Shown piece by piece: positions 39,349 through 53,822 of a stretch of 64,000 bases of DNA (the first letter of the stretch is position 1; each line of letters opens with the position of its first letter). The notes under the pieces were generated by a model, which made no database searches, was not told where the DNA came from, and was given only the letters and a program-made list of their open reading frames with translations. The stretch is from Camelus ferus (taxonomy: Eukaryota): contig NC_045696.1 in the NCBI RefSeq assembly GCF_009834535.1, positions 14,076,001 through 14,140,000 of the forward strand, read 5' to 3'. Both the position numbers and the translations under genes were made by a program.

Positions 39349-42300
39349 GGACGCCATGGAAGACTCTCATTCTCTCCATCTGGACCTCAGGATTCCCCAT
39401 TCTGAACCTCTCATGTTCTGTGCCTCTCTCTTGGGTGATGATTACCCTCATCGTGGAAGTCTAGTATGGTCTGCTGTTGACCTACCAATGAACCTACTAA
39501 TTTCCTGAATTTACCTCATGAAGTGGGAGATGGCGAAATTCACCTGTGGCCTCAGAGTTCTGCTTTCATCAGGGTGATGGTGTCAAGCAACTGCCTTGAC
39601 TTTCACGTTGGAGCTTGTCTCTCTGTTGACCTAATAAACTTCTTCAATCTAAACAGAAAAACTGGTTTTATGGCAGTTATTTGATGTCCAACATCACTTA
39701 CAAACAGTGTTTTGGCAGAATTTCGTTCCTTGTGGTTGTATAACTGAGGGCGTCAGCATTGACTGTTGGCAGGATGCCTCTGCAGGCTGCCTGCTGGAGG
39801 CCACTCTCAGCTCCAGGAGGCGGCCTGTAGTTCCTTGCCATGTTGGTTCTCAAATACAGTTGTTTGCTTTCTCCAAGCCAGGAAGGGAGGGAAAGCTACT
39901 ACAGCAAGATGGGAGCTACAATCCTATATAATTTTGTGTAACAGAATCACATACACACAATCACATGTATTTTATTACTTTTGTCATATTCTGTTTTAGA
40001 AGTGAATAGAAACTCTTGTCCACACTCAAGACAAGGGCATTACTAGGGCATTGATATCAAGAGGCAGAAATCATGAAAGCACCTTAATAATTTGCCCACC
40101 ACATGTATTGATAGCAATACAAGTTACGCTCATTTGCAGTGCTGGGGAACCATTTATAGAACATCAAATTATTCTACATCTGAAGATTTGGTAGAATTTC
40201 CTTGAGAAATTATCTGCATCTGAAATATTTTGTATGATATTTCTGTAATGGCTTTTTGTTGTTGTTGTTTCTTCTAAGGAATCAGTCTCTTTATAAATTC
40301 TCAGTATAATGGTGTGAAGTTTGGTAATCTGATTCCTTTAGGAAATCATCTGTTGCATCTAGCTTTTCAAATTTATATCCTTAAAGATCTGCAAATTGAT
40401 TCATATCATTTTTAAAACTCCTTGTTTCCATGTTTATTCTACTTTTGTTATTTCTTATTTTGTTAATGCTTCCTTTTTTTTTTCTCATGATCAAATTAGC
40501 AAGATTTAAAATGCTAAATTTTTCAAATAGTAGCATTTTGAATCATTTAAAAAGTCTATTACTTTTTTCTCTTCTAATTTATTAATTTATGCTTCTCTGT
40601 TTATTACTTTGCAAATTCTTTGGTTTCCACTTCATTTTTCTTTATGAAAATTTTTTTAACCTGGGATATTAACTTATTTATGTTATTTCTTTCATTTTTA
40701 TTAACAGAAGTATTCAGTGCTATGAATTTTGCACTAATTACTGCTTGAAGTTTTCTTGTAGATTCTGTTAAGTACTATTATTATTACCACTATTTATTTG
40801 AAAATCTATAATCTCATATTATATGTTCTCTTTCAGATGAGAGTTCTTTAATCAAAGATTTAATCTCCAGGTGAACAGGATTTTTTATCTTTAGTTTTTG
40901 TTAACAATTTTTAGCTTTAAAGCATAACAATCAGAAAATGTTTTCAGCAGTATTAATTGTAAACCCTACCAATAATGTGTTTGTGACCTAATATATGATC
41001 AATTTTTTATGTATTTTCTATGAAAGGTTGAGAAGTTTGTTCTCTACTACCTGTATAGAGGTGAATATACATCCCTGAAAACTAATTATACTAATTAATT
41101 ACATTTTTAGGTCTTCCCTCTTTTTACTTATTTTTTTTCTTTTTTGATATGTTTGTTCTGAGTGATATATTAAATTTGTCCATTATTACTACTGTGTTTC
41201 TATCTAATTTTCCTTGACAGATAGAGCTATATGTATGTGTTCTTCATAAAAATGGGGTCTGTTTTTAGTAAATAAATAAAATACTCAGAAGTGTAATATA
41301 TCAATTGCTAGATATTGCTTTGGAGAAAAATATTGGGGGTTAAATTACTAGGCTACTGCCATTTACTTCCATTACCCATGTTTATGCTGTATGAACATTT
41401 AATAGAATTTACCAGTAAATATTTCTGAGCCCAGATTTTTCATTTTGCAAAGGTAATTTTAATTATAAATTCACTTTCTTTACCAGTTATGGTACTATTC
41501 TGATCTATTTGAATTCCTGCTGATAATTTTTATATTTAAAAGAAACTTTTCATTTCATTTATGTTGTGAAATTTATAGGCAAAACATTCTTCAAAAGATC
41601 CACTTATTTTGGAGCCAGTTGAATCTAAAAGGTGTTGCTTCTTTCATTTTTCAGATTGATAATTTGTATTCTCTATTCTCGATTCTTTATCAGTTTTTCT
41701 AGGTTTTATCAATTTTATCTGACCAAAGTGCCTTCTGTGAGTATTGCTGATTTTCCTATCATTTATTCTTTTTCTATTGAATTGACTCCACTCATGTCTT
41801 TATTTTTCCTTCATCCTTCTTACATTATGTTTAAATTTCTCTTCTTTATAGATTTTTAACAAATCTTAGAGCATTGATTTTTTAAATGTCCTTTTTATCT
41901 AACATAATTAAAGGTACAAATTTTCCTCTAATCACTTCTGCATTGGTAAATCTACATTTGTTATGTTGCATTTCATTATGAATCACTTTAAGATAGTTTT
42001 CAATGCCCCATATGATTTCTTTTTTATTTCACGTGTTATTTAGAGGGAGTTATATCCAAATTCAAGAAGTCTCTGTCCTTTTGTAATTAACATTCTCCTA
42101 TCCCATCCAGGGATATCCTGGCAGTGAGGGAGACAGGTGGGAAATCTCGCCATGTCAGTCCTCCACCAAAAAGACATGGACCATTGAAATTCTTTCTGTA
42201 CTTTCAGGAGCCATGACAGGGAGCAGTGGGACAACCAGTGGTCAGGATCAACCAAACAGACCAAAAGAACACTGCAACAACTCTGAAAATTATGAGTCAC

Positions 42301-44267
42301 AGCTCACAATGCCCATATGCTAAATCTAAATGAGGTGACTTACTGTTTTTTTTAAAAGATTTAAATAGAATCAAGATGCCTTGAACACACAAAATTACTT
42401 TCATATCATCATATCACCAAATAAGAAAATTACAACAGAATGAGAAAGACAGTCAACTGCAGTTAACACAAAGTTAATCAAATATTCAAATTATCTGACA
42501 AAGATTTTAGACTAGCCATCCGAAAAATATTTCATTAATCAAATTTTCTTAAAAATATATATTTGTTTGCAATCAGTAACCATTAGAAAGCTAGAGTGGA
42601 TATAATAATACTAGATTAAATAAACATAGAAACAAAATATTTTAACAGAGAGGGAAGAATATATTGTAATGATAAATGTGGCAATCTATCAGGAAGTTAC
42701 AATGATTTTAAATTCCTATATACCTAAAAACAGAGCTCCATTACACAATAATCAAAAAATTGACAGAATGAAAAGGGAAAGAGATTGCAATAATAATAGT
42801 TGGAGGTTTCAATATCCCCCTTTGAATAACGGATAGAACAACTATACAGAAAATTCTAATATAAATAGTTGAAGAACTCTATAAAGCAGCTGGACCTGGC
42901 ACTCCTCTAGTGAACACCCAGCAAAAAGAGAGCGCAAATTTCTCTCAAGTGCACGTGTAGAACGTTCTCCAAGATAGACCATATGCTAGGTCAGAAAGAA
43001 CAAAGTAATTTTTAAAAGTTGAAATCACACCTAGTCCATGTATAGTCTGCCTTAAGCTGACGAGGGAAGACATGTCTACATAATTATTCCCCATTGATGG
43101 TTCCAGAAAACATGCATTTGGCCTCCCTCATACTCTGATCCTTTTTCAGAAAGTAATTGTGTATGGACTTGCTTTGAGTCTTAGGTCCCATTAATTCTAA
43201 CATTACTTACTAAAAAATAATAGATATTGAGGTGTATTTTATCACTGTTGACAGTATTACTAATACTTAATAATAGTAAATGGACTGAAGTAAGTAAAGT
43301 TACTATGAACAGCTTTATTGAACATTACTCAGACTACTAGAATCAGGGACACAATTTGCAGCCTATATTCTGGGTCAGATTTATGCTAGCATGATTTTAG
43401 TCGACGAAAGCCACTGCCTTGTTATGAAGCATAATAGATCTCTTTCCAAAAGGCAAGTGAAGACTGACTCTTGAAAATTTCACTGAAAATGGCCTCGATT
43501 CTACTGCTTCCTGTGACAATGAGAGAATAAAAGAAAGCCCTCTGTGCAGCTACAGTGCATAAGATGAGTTCAAGTACTTATTATCAAGGAGGAAAGGAAC
43601 AGGCAGTAATATAAAACTGAGAAGGAAAAGTTACATCCTTCCAGAGCGTATTCAAATACTAAGTATCAGGAAAGGATGAGATATTTAAAAAAACAGCATT
43701 AAGTGGTGAAAAGAGCTACCACCTTCCTGATCTCTTTAGTCAAACTTTGGCTGTTTCAAACATAAAGATTTGATGAAATCAAGGCAGACAACAGTAGATC
43801 TTGGATATGTTCACAAAAAACACATAATAGAAAAGCACTAGTTAAATATAACTTTTCATCCGCACATATAAATTGTCGACTATAGAGAGTGAAAGATCCA
43901 GCCATCTCACACACAACTCACAAACACACATACACATACAATCACAAGAAATCTACATAAATAAATATGCATGAAATTATTATACATGTGAAAAACAGAA
44001 TAACTTTAATGAAAAATCAATTTTGACATTTTCCCAAAATGTAAATGGTTAAGATTGTATTCAGTTAGTAACATAGATCAAATGAATATTTTTCTAAATG
44101 GTTGGACACTCAGGCAATTCCATCAAAAAAGGTCTGCTGTTGCATGGTACTCTAAGCTTCAGTAGTCATTACTGAACAGACAAGAACATCCTTATTACAA
44201 TTTGTGCAGGAGGTACCCATGGTGCCTCATCAGAGAACATCCTGAACAGATGAGCATCTAGAACTTC

Positions 44268-44414
44268 TCAGTAGAAGCCAGAAGACCAGTATCTTCCATA
44301 GCAGCATGGGCGGTAGCAGGCATAGCCATAGCCACCATAGCCACATCCATAGCCACATCCCAGGCCACCATAGCCATAGCCCAGGCCACCATAGTAGTTG
44401 TTGTAGAAGCTCAT
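44268..44414 (-). CDS. KRTAP22-1: KRTAP22-1-like protein, copy C (48 aa)
   Basis: [55 protein letters not shown](-) at 44491-44497, ATTAAA(-) at 44005-44010. Confidence 0.88.
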   Translation of the reverse strand: MSFYNNYYGGLGYGYGGLGCGYGCGYGGYGYACYRPCCYGRYWSSGFY

Positions 44415-47400
44415 GATGTGAGGATAAGGAGGCTCAGTTGAAGGGCAGAGTCACTTTCTAGAGTCTTAAATTTATAGTCTGCCCAGGGCCTTATATACCA
44501 ACAGAGTGGTATGTGGGGCAAACCTAAGTCACTATTGGACTCATATTTTAAACTCATTAGCATGAAGACCATCTCAGGAATTCTTCAAAACCAATATATC
44601 CAAGCCAAGACAACTCTGTTGTGTGTCACGATGCCTATCGTGAAATCATGTGCCTTTAATGAGAGATTCTTCTCCTAATTTGGTGGCTTGTTTATTCTAG
44701 ATTCCAAATTTAAACTATATTCTATCTGCCATGTGTCCATATAACTCCAGTAGAGTCTACCTATTGAAAATCTTAGTTTCATTCAATAATTTCCTCCTTC
44801 TATCTGCATATATGCAGCCTTGGGAATGAATGTGTGGCTTCAAAGTACAAAAGGACAGTGGAAAATTTATGGAGAAGACAGGAATGAAGATGCGTGGAAG
44901 GCACAGAGATGACTTGACAAGGTTCAGTTGTAGATCTTTGAGTGATGAATTTGTTTGTTAATTTTCTGGAGCAATATTATTGACTTCGACTTACAGTGCA
45001 TGTATTCATGCATCTGTGATTTGATAAATGATTAAAAACCATGATATAGTTCCTTTAGTTTATATCCATGAACCATGATTATAGTAGAAGTAAAAGGATT
45101 TATTCTATTAGTAATTTGAGCTTAACAATCTATTTCAGAAACTGTCAAAGATTTAGTGACATCTTGAACCTCCTGTTATAACACAATGAAATAGGCACGA
45201 CTCTTCTGTATTTTGCCCAAAATGCATTACTTCAACATTGTTATGAGAAAACAGACATACTCAAACTGAGGAACATACTACAAAACTTTCGGCTCTTTGA
45301 AATTGTCAATGCCATAAAACTTAAAGACTGAGAAATTGTCACTAACTGGAGAAGCTAAAGACAAGCAAAACCCTTGTGGGATCTTGGACTGGATCCTGGA
45401 ATAGAAAAATGACCATTTGTGGAAAAAATATGAAAGTCAAATAAAGTCTCTAAATTGCTTAAGAATATTGTACAAGGCTAATTTCTTAATTTTTACTTGG
45501 TTATGAAGGATATTAACAGATATAACTGATTAAATGGTATATGCATACATGCTATATATTTTTGCAACTTTTGACAATTCCAAAATTATTTCAGAATAAG
45601 AAAGTCAGAATAATTTTTAGATAATCCTTGATTGCATTGATTCAGTCACTTATTAAATTCTTTCATACATCAAAACTTTCAGAATCAATTGTATGTTCGG
45701 CAATGTTATCTGCATTGGGGATGGAGCCGTGAACAGGACAGACAAGGTTCCTATTGTCATGAAGCTTATAATCTGAAATGTGCAAGTGCAGAAAATGCAG
45801 GCAAAGATCTGAAAGCAAATTCTCAAAGTGAATGATATAATTAATTTCTGATAGAGTTGAGTCTATTTAAATGTTAAATTAAGGCAAAATAAGGCAATTT
45901 TAAGAAGTATTGGTGAGAGTTTACTTCAGAAGGGATGGTCAGGGAAATTCTCTGAGAGATCCAAGGAAACAGAGAATTCTAGCCGTTGTGCTGTTACTTG
46001 CAAGGGTCAGTAACTCAAATGTAGCAGCTTTAAGTTGGAAACAAACTTGGCACATCTGAAGAGCAGAGAGGCCATTGACTTTTGTGTACCATAAGGAGAC
46101 GAATAGTGTTACAAGACGTACTCATAGAGGTGGTCAAGGCTATAACGGGGTAAACCATAAAGGCTGTGCTTCCTATGGTGTGCGTTGCCAGACACAGCGA
46201 ATACAAATACTGAACACTCAGATACATTTGATTTTCAGAGAATCATTTTTTGTACAGGTGTAGCCTATGAAATGTTTGGAAAATTGGATATTCTGAATTT
46301 CAGTATTTTGAAATTGAAATTTAGCTGGTGTTTTGTGTAATCTAGGACCCTTAATGTGGAAAGCAATGGACTATCACTAGGAGGGTCCACTTCTGATTTA
46401 TGTCTTGCATGCTTTACGATGTAGGAAAAAAGGTGGGGGAAATGTTTGGGGATATGAAGAGTCACGAACTCAGTTTCATTTTGTAAAATTTTTGAAGAAA
46501 TTAACAATCTAAGAGGGTGTCAAGTTATCATTTGGGTAAATATCAGACTTTGTTTTGCACAAAATAATATATTTTATGGCTACTTTAATCAAATACTAAC
46601 CCCTGAAAAGAAACCCAAGTCAGTTATAGTCTTTTATATACTGAGTGAGGCAAATTAGTCACACCAATTTCAGGTGATATTTTAAGAACATAAATAATCT
46701 TGAGGAAGATGGATCATCATGTTATTTAGTGGTTTTTTCTTTTTTTACTGGAAACTTATTCTAAGTTATCACTTGATTGACTTGATTTTGTGATAGTTGA
46801 GGCTACTTTTATTTTCTGTATGGGAAATTTGAAAATGATAGAGTGATGATTTGTAGTTCTAATAATGAAATTTTAATGAAAATGATTTACAGGATTTTTT
46901 GTAATTCTAATATTTGACTTCAGCAAATGGTGAATAAAAGTCACAAGACTGTATCTATTGTACAAACAAACAAACAAAAAAAACCCTACTGAATATACAC
47001 ATGGAAAAAGCATTCAAAAACACATACTGAATGAACAGATGAATGTGTTTGGTCAGATCCTCAGTATGAAAACATTCTGCTTTACTAAGAAGGATGTTTT
47101 GAGTTATTAGATATACTTCTCAGGAGAGATGAACTGGAAAATTTTAAAAGTCTTGTAGCTTCATTCTTATGATCTCCAGAGGAGAATTGGCTAAAATATA
47201 GGGGGTGTCGTACATTGCTACTCTCTGTCCCTTTCTAAGGTTATGAGAAGATGTAAAGATAACATTTTGACTCAGAAATATCAATAGTATAACAGAAACC
47301 TACTGATAGATTACACATGTATTTGTGGATAATGCCACCTCACCACATGCATTCTCTTAAAGACACAAAGTACATTTTAACTAATATGAACTAGTCTCAC

Positions 47401-48393
47401 TTTTCTGGTGCCTCACAATGGGAGGGGTTATAACACAAATTTGAAAAAAGACAGGAATAATGCTAGGACTATGCAAGAGAACTCACTGTAGGACTATGGA
47501 ACAGCACTCAGTGTGACTGGTACAATGTGAGTCATGACTGAACATACTGATTAAAACACAGACCTCTGTTTAGTACGTTGATAAATGTAGATATGTGATG
47601 TTACCCTATTGGCCATTTAGAATATAGTTCTAATATTAATGTGAAAACTAACTAATTTGCATGAAGGTATACTCAATTTAGAAAAACAAGTGGAAAGTGG
47701 AGAAACTGGATTTCAAAGACTCACTTCTGTTTTGCCGTCCACCAGCAGAAATTGAACAATAAGTGTTTGGACTCATCAGCATAAGTAAAAAAGTACAATA
47801 CATCTTGCTCACACTGGTTTTTTGGGGGAAATTTTAATTAGTTGGATTATTATCAACATCATGATGATGAGACATACACTATGGTGTCAATATCAAAACG
47901 TAATTGAATCCTTGAAGGAGGTACTCAGTTTGGATCAAAAAGAAAATTCCACAACTCAGAAGGACTGTTAGTCTGATGAAGAAAAATTTAATGAAACTTG
48001 GGCCAAGAGCAAATAAGAGTATGGTTAAAAAATGTCATCTCTGTGATATAAAGAATGGTTCCAGGAAGTTAAAATGAACGTGTAATTTTGGGCCTGAATG
48101 CATAGATGTGAGTGGGTAGCTCCTTTATTCAAACCTCAGTGGCATAAGAGGAGACCAAACTGAGAAACCAAGACAGCAAGCTCCCTGAATTTCTCTGAAG
48201 CTTTATCTTATGGTTTAGGAACAACAAACTAATTAGATTAGTCATAAAGTTTGGCAACGTCATGAAGGTGTGGTGGGTCACACCCACACTGAGGACATAT
48301 AAAAGGCCCTCTGCAGGGAGACATGTCCACCCTGAAGTGACACTTCTACTCTCCATCTCTACCCAAGGACAACCTCAACCCAACACCAACACC

Positions 48394-48561
48394 ATGTGTG
48401 GCTACTACGGAAACTACTATGGGGGCCGTGGCTATGGCTGCTGTGGCTACAGAGGCCTGGGCTGCGGCTATGGGTCCTGCTATGGCTGTGGCTTCCGCAG
48501 ACTGGGCTGTGGCTATGGGTGTGGCTCTGGCTATGGCTCTGGCTTTGGCTACTACTATTGA
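48394..48561 (+). CDS. KRTAP6: KRTAP6-family protein, copy 5 (55 aa)
   Basis: [62 protein letters not shown] at 48298-48304, AATAAA at 48842-48847. Confidence 0.95.
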   Translation: MCGYYGNYYGGRGYGCCGYRGLGCGYGSCYGCGFRRLGCGYGCGSGYGSGFGYYY

Positions 48562-51500
48562 GGATGCCATGGAAGACTCTCATCCCCTACACTTGGACCT
48601 CAGGATTCTCCATTCTGAACCTCTCACGTTCTGTGCCTCTCAATTGGGTGATGATTACCCTCATCATGGAAGTCTAGTATGGTCTGTCGTTGACCTACCA
48701 TCGAACCTGCAAATTCTCTGAATTTGCCTCATGAAGTGGGAGATGGTGAAATTCACCTGTGACCTCAGAGTTCTGCTTTTTTCAGGATGAGGGTGTCAAG
48801 CAACTGCCTTGACTTTCATGCTGGAGCTTCTCTGTTGACCTAATAAACTTGTGCAATCTAAACAGAAACACTGGTTTTACATCAGTGGTTTGATGTCTAG
48901 CATCACTTACAAAAAGTGTTTTGGCAGAGTTTTGTTCCTTGTGGTTGTATAACTGAGGGCCTCAACATTTACTGTTGGTGGGATGTCTCTGCAGGCTGCC
49001 TGCTGGAGGCCACTCTCAGCTCCAGAAGGCTACCTGTAGTTCCTTGCCATGTTGGTTCTCAAATATGGTTATTTGCTTTCTCCAAGCCAGGAAGGGAGGG
49101 AAAGCTACTCCAGCAAGATGGGAGCTACAATCCCATACAATTTTATGCAACCGAATCACGTACACACAATCACATGTATTTTATTACTTTTGTCATATTT
49201 CATTATTAAAAGTAAATAAAAACTCTTGTCCACACTGAAGACAAGGGCATCACTAGGGCATTGATACCAAGAGGCATAAATCATGAAGATACCTTAATAA
49301 TCTGCCCACCACTTCTATTCATAACATCACAAGTTTCCCTCTTTTGTGGTGCTGGGGAACCATTTATAGAACATCAAATTATTCTACCTCTGAAGATTTG
49401 TTAGAATGTCTCTGAGAAGTTAAATGGATTTGAAATATTTTGTGTGGAATTTTTTTATTGTTGTTTCTTCTAAGGGATCAGTCTCTACAATTCCTCCATG
49501 TAATGGTGTCAAGTTTGGTAATCTGTATTCCTTTAGAAAATTATCCATTGCATCTAGGTTTTGTAATTTATATCCTTAAAGATCTGCAAATTGATTCATA
49601 TCATTTTTAAAACTTCTTGTTTCCATGTTTATGTTTCTTTTTTTATTTCTTATTTTGCTTATGCTTCTTTTTCTTTTTTTCCCATGATCAGATTTGTAAG
49701 TGATATATAAATGTTAAACTTTTCAAAAAGGAGCATTTTGAATCATTTAAAAAATCTATTACTATAAACTCTTTTCTAATTTATTAATTTATGCTTGTCT
49801 ATATATTACTTCCTCCTTTGCAGTTTCTTTGGTTTCCACTTCATTGTTGTTAATGAAGTTTTGTTTTAACCTGGAACCTTAACTATTTATGTTCTTCCTT
49901 TCATTTTCACTGACAGAAGTGTTCAGTGCTGTGAATTTTTCTCTAATTACTGCCTGAAGTTTTCTTGCAAATTCCAAGTAAAATTTATCATTACCATTAT
50001 TTATGTGAAATTCTATTATCTCATTATTTTCTCCTTCAGCTGGGAATTTTTTAATGAAAGATTTACTCTCCAGGTGAACAAGATTTTCTGTCTTTTGTTA
50101 GCAATTTTTACCTTTAAATCATAACAATCAGAAAATCTTTTCGACAGTATTTGCAGAAAACCCAACAAATAGTTTGTGACCTAATATATGATTAATTTTT
50201 TGTGTGTTTTCTATGAAAGCTTGAGAAGAAGGTATGCTCTCTACTGTCTGAATAGAGGTGAATTTACATCACTGAAAACTAATTAAACTAAATAATTACA
50301 TTTTTAGGTCTCTCTTTTTACTTACTATTTTCTTTTTGATGTGATATATTTGATCAGAGTGATACAGTAAAATTCTCCCTTGTTACTAGTGTATTTCTAT
50401 CTAATTCTTCTTGATAGATCTACTTATATGTATTTTTCATAAAAATAGCTTGCTTTTAGTATATAAATAAAATACTCAGAAGTGTAATACATGTATCACT
50501 AGTTATTGCTTTGCAGAAAAATATTGGCATTAAATTCCTAAACTACTGCTATTTTCTTATATTACCCATAATTATGCTGTATGAATATTTAACAGAATTT
50601 AACACTGAAGACCTCTGAGCCCAGGTTTTTCCTTTTGCAAAGGTAATTTTAATTATAAATTCACTTTATTTATCAGTTATGGTACTATTCTGATTTATTT
50701 GAATTAGTGTTGGTAATTTGTGTGTTTTAAAAAAAACTTTTTATTTCATTTATGTTGCGAAATTTATGGGCAAAACATTCTTCATAAGATCCACTTATTT
50801 TTGGAGCCAGTAGAATCTATAAGGTGTTGCTTCTTTCATTTTTAAGATTGATAATTTGTATTCTCTCTTCAATATTCTTTATTCATTTTTCTAGATTTTA
50901 TCAATTTGATCTGTTCAAAGTTCCTTCTTTGAGTATTGCTGATTTTTCTATCATTTATTCTTTTCTATCGAATTGATTCCACTCATGTCTTTATTTTTCT
51001 TTCATTCTTCTTATTGTATACTTAAATTTCTCTTCCTTCATAGATTTTTAACAATACTTAGAGCATTGACTTTTAAAATGTCCTTTCTTTTCTAATATAA
51101 TTAAAGGCACAAATTTTCCTCTAATCACTTCTGCATTGGTTAAGTCTACATTTGTTATGTTGCATTTCTTTATTAATCACTTTAAAATATTTTTCAATGT
51201 CCCATGTGATTTCTATTTTACTCTATATGTTTTTTAGAGGGAGTTATGTCCAAATTCAGGAAGTCTCTGTCTTTTTGTATGTAAGACTCTCTTATCCCAT
51301 CCAAGAGACATCCTGGCAGTGAGGGAGACAGGTGGGAAATCTCACTATGCCACTACTCCACCAAAAGACATAGAGGACATGGGCCATTGAAACTATTTCT
51401 GTACTTTCAGACAGCAATGGCAGGGAGCAGTGGGAGAACCAGTGGTCAGGAAAAACCAAATAGATCAAAATAACACTGCAACAACTCTGGAAACTATGAA

Positions 51501-51951
51501 CCATAGCTCACAAAACCAATGTGTTAAATCTACACATAGTGACTTACTGCTTTCTTAAAAAAAAGATTTAAATAGAACCAAGATGCTTTTAATACACAAC
51601 ATTTCTCTCATACCATCATGCCAAGAAATAAGAAAATTAAAACTCAATGAGAAAGATAATCAACTGCAATTAACACAAAGTTAACCAAATATTCAAATTA
51701 TTGAAACAAATTTTAGAGTAGCCATCATAAGAATGTTTCAATAATCAAATTCTCTTGAAAAAACATACTTGTTCTCAAACAGTAACCACTAGAAAGCTAA
51801 AGTGGATATAATAGTACCAGATTAAATAGATATTGAAAGAAAAAATTTTAATAGAGAGGGAAGAATATATTGTAATCACAAGTGTGGCTATTTATCAGGA
51901 AGATACAATGACTTTAAATTCATATGTACCTAACAACAGAGCTCCATTGTA

Positions 51952-52100
51952 GTGGGAGGGTGTAGCTCAAGTGGTAGAGCTGCGTGCTTAGCTTGCAGGG
52001 GACTCTGGGTTCCATCCCAGCACCTCCTCCAGAAATAAATAAATTATTAGTGCTCCCCCCAAAAATGTTTAAAATAAATAAAATTAAATTAAAAAAAAAA
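51952..52100 (+). mobile_element. tRNA-derived SINE, camelid Vic-1-like
   Basis: Box A (tagctcaagtgg, 51963-51974), box B (ggttccatccc, 52008-52018) and an A-rich tail. TSD agagctccatt(g/a)ta at 51938-51951 and 52101-52114; empty site in U3 at ~42732. Confidence 0.9.
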
Positions 52101-53675
52101 AGAGCTCCATTATACACAAATCAAAAAATTAACAGGATGAAAAGGGGAAGAGATTGCAATAATAATAGGCAATGCAATAATAGTAGGCAATAATAATAGT
52201 TGGAGGTTTCCATATCCCACTTTGAATAATGGATAGAACAACTACACAGAAAATTGTAATATAAATAGTTGAAGAACTCTATAAACCAACTAGACCTAAC
52301 ACACATCTAGTGAATACCCAACTACAAGAGAACACAAATTTCTCTCAAGTATGCATGTAGAATATTCTCCAAGATAGACTGTATGCTAGGTCAAAAAGAA
52401 CAAATTAATTTTTAAAAATTGAAATCATACATAGTCCCATGTATAGTCTGTCTTAAACTGACGAGAGAAGACATATCTACATAATTATTCCCCATTGATG
52501 GTTTCAGAAAACATGCATTTTGGCCAGCCTCATACTCTGATCCTTATTCAGAAAGTAATTGTGTTTGGGCTTACTTTGAGTAGAGTCTTGGAGGTACTCT
52601 AAACTCTAACATTAGTTACTAAAAATTCACAGATATTATTGATTTATATTTTATCATTGTTGATATTGTTACTAATACTTAATAATAAATGGAGTAAATT
52701 AAGCAAATTAAACAGGTTTATTGAACATTACCCAGACTACCTACCAGAATCAGGGATACAATTTGCAGCCTATATTCTACATCAGATTTATGTTTGCATG
52801 ATTGTAGTCTACCAAAGCCATTGCCATGTTATGAAGCATAACAGATCTCTTTCCAAAAGGCAAGAAAAGATTGACCCTTAAAAATTTCACTGAAAATGGT
52901 CTCAATTCTATAACTTCCTGTGACAATGTGAAAATTACAGAAAGCTCCCTGTGCAGCTACAATGCATGAGATGGATTCAAGTGCATATTGTCAATGAGGA
53001 AAGGAACAGGCAGTAATATAAAATTGAGAAGGAAAAATTACATCCTCCCAAAGCCTTATTCAAATACTAAGTATCAAGAAAGGATGAGACATTAAAAAAT
53101 AGTATTAAGTGGTGAGAAAAAAAAGTACCATCTTGCTAATGCCTTTAGTTCAATTTTGGATGTCTCCAAGATAAGGCTTTGATGAGATCAAGGTAGACAG
53201 TTGTAGACCTTGGATATGTTCACAACAAACACATAATAGAAAAGCACTGGTTGAATATAACTTTTCATCCGCACATATAAATTATCAACTATAGAGAGTG
53301 AAAGACCAACCTTCTCACACACAACTCACAAACACACATACACATACAATCACAAGAAACCTACATAAATAAATATGCACGAAATTATTATACATGTGAA
53401 AAACAGAATAACTTTAATGAAAAATCAATTTTGACATTTTCCCAAAATGTAAATGGTTAAGATTGTATTCAGTTAGTAACATAGATCAAATGAATATTTT
53501 TCTAAATGGTTGGACACTCAGGCAATTCCATCAAAAAAGGTCTGCTGTTGCATGGTACTCTAAGCTTCAGTAGTCATTACTGAACAGACAAGAACATCCT
53601 TATTACAATTAGTGCAGGAGGTACCCATGGTGCCTCATCAGAGAACATCCTGAACAGATGAGCATCTAGAACTTC

Positions 53676-53822
53676 TCAGTAGAAGCCAGAAGACCAGTAT
53701 CTTCCATAGCAGCATGGGCGGTAGCAGGCATAGCCATAGCCACCATAGCCACATCCATAGCCACATCCCAGGCCACCATAGCCATAGCCCAGGCCACCAT
53801 AGTAGTTGTTGTAGAAGCTCAT
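53676..53822 (-). CDS. KRTAP22-1: KRTAP22-1-like protein, copy D (48 aa, CDS identical to copy C)
   Basis: Nucleotide-identical to 44268-44414 by eye. TATATAA(-) at 53899-53905, ATTAAA(-) at 53413-53418. Confidence 0.88.
   Translation of the reverse strand: MSFYNNYYGGLGYGYGGLGCGYGCGYGGYGYACYRPCCYGRYWSSGFY

Larger units (their letters stand above)
39133..48393. repeat. Segmental duplication unit U3
   Basis: End-to-end collinear with U2 and U4. Confidence 0.93.

Noticed and set aside
39707..39999. Similar ORFs recurring at 12625, 22119, 39707 and 48916
   Set aside because: They lie in the duplicated MaLR LTR, and frames and stops are not conserved across units.
51952..52030. Possible tRNA gene
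   Set aside because: The A-rich tail, TSD and empty paralogous sites identify a SINE.
52156..52199. Local triplication of 'gcaataataatag' (also a ~25-bp tandem duplication at ~47464-47513)
   Set aside because: Ordinary slippage duplications private to one unit, not spacer arrays.
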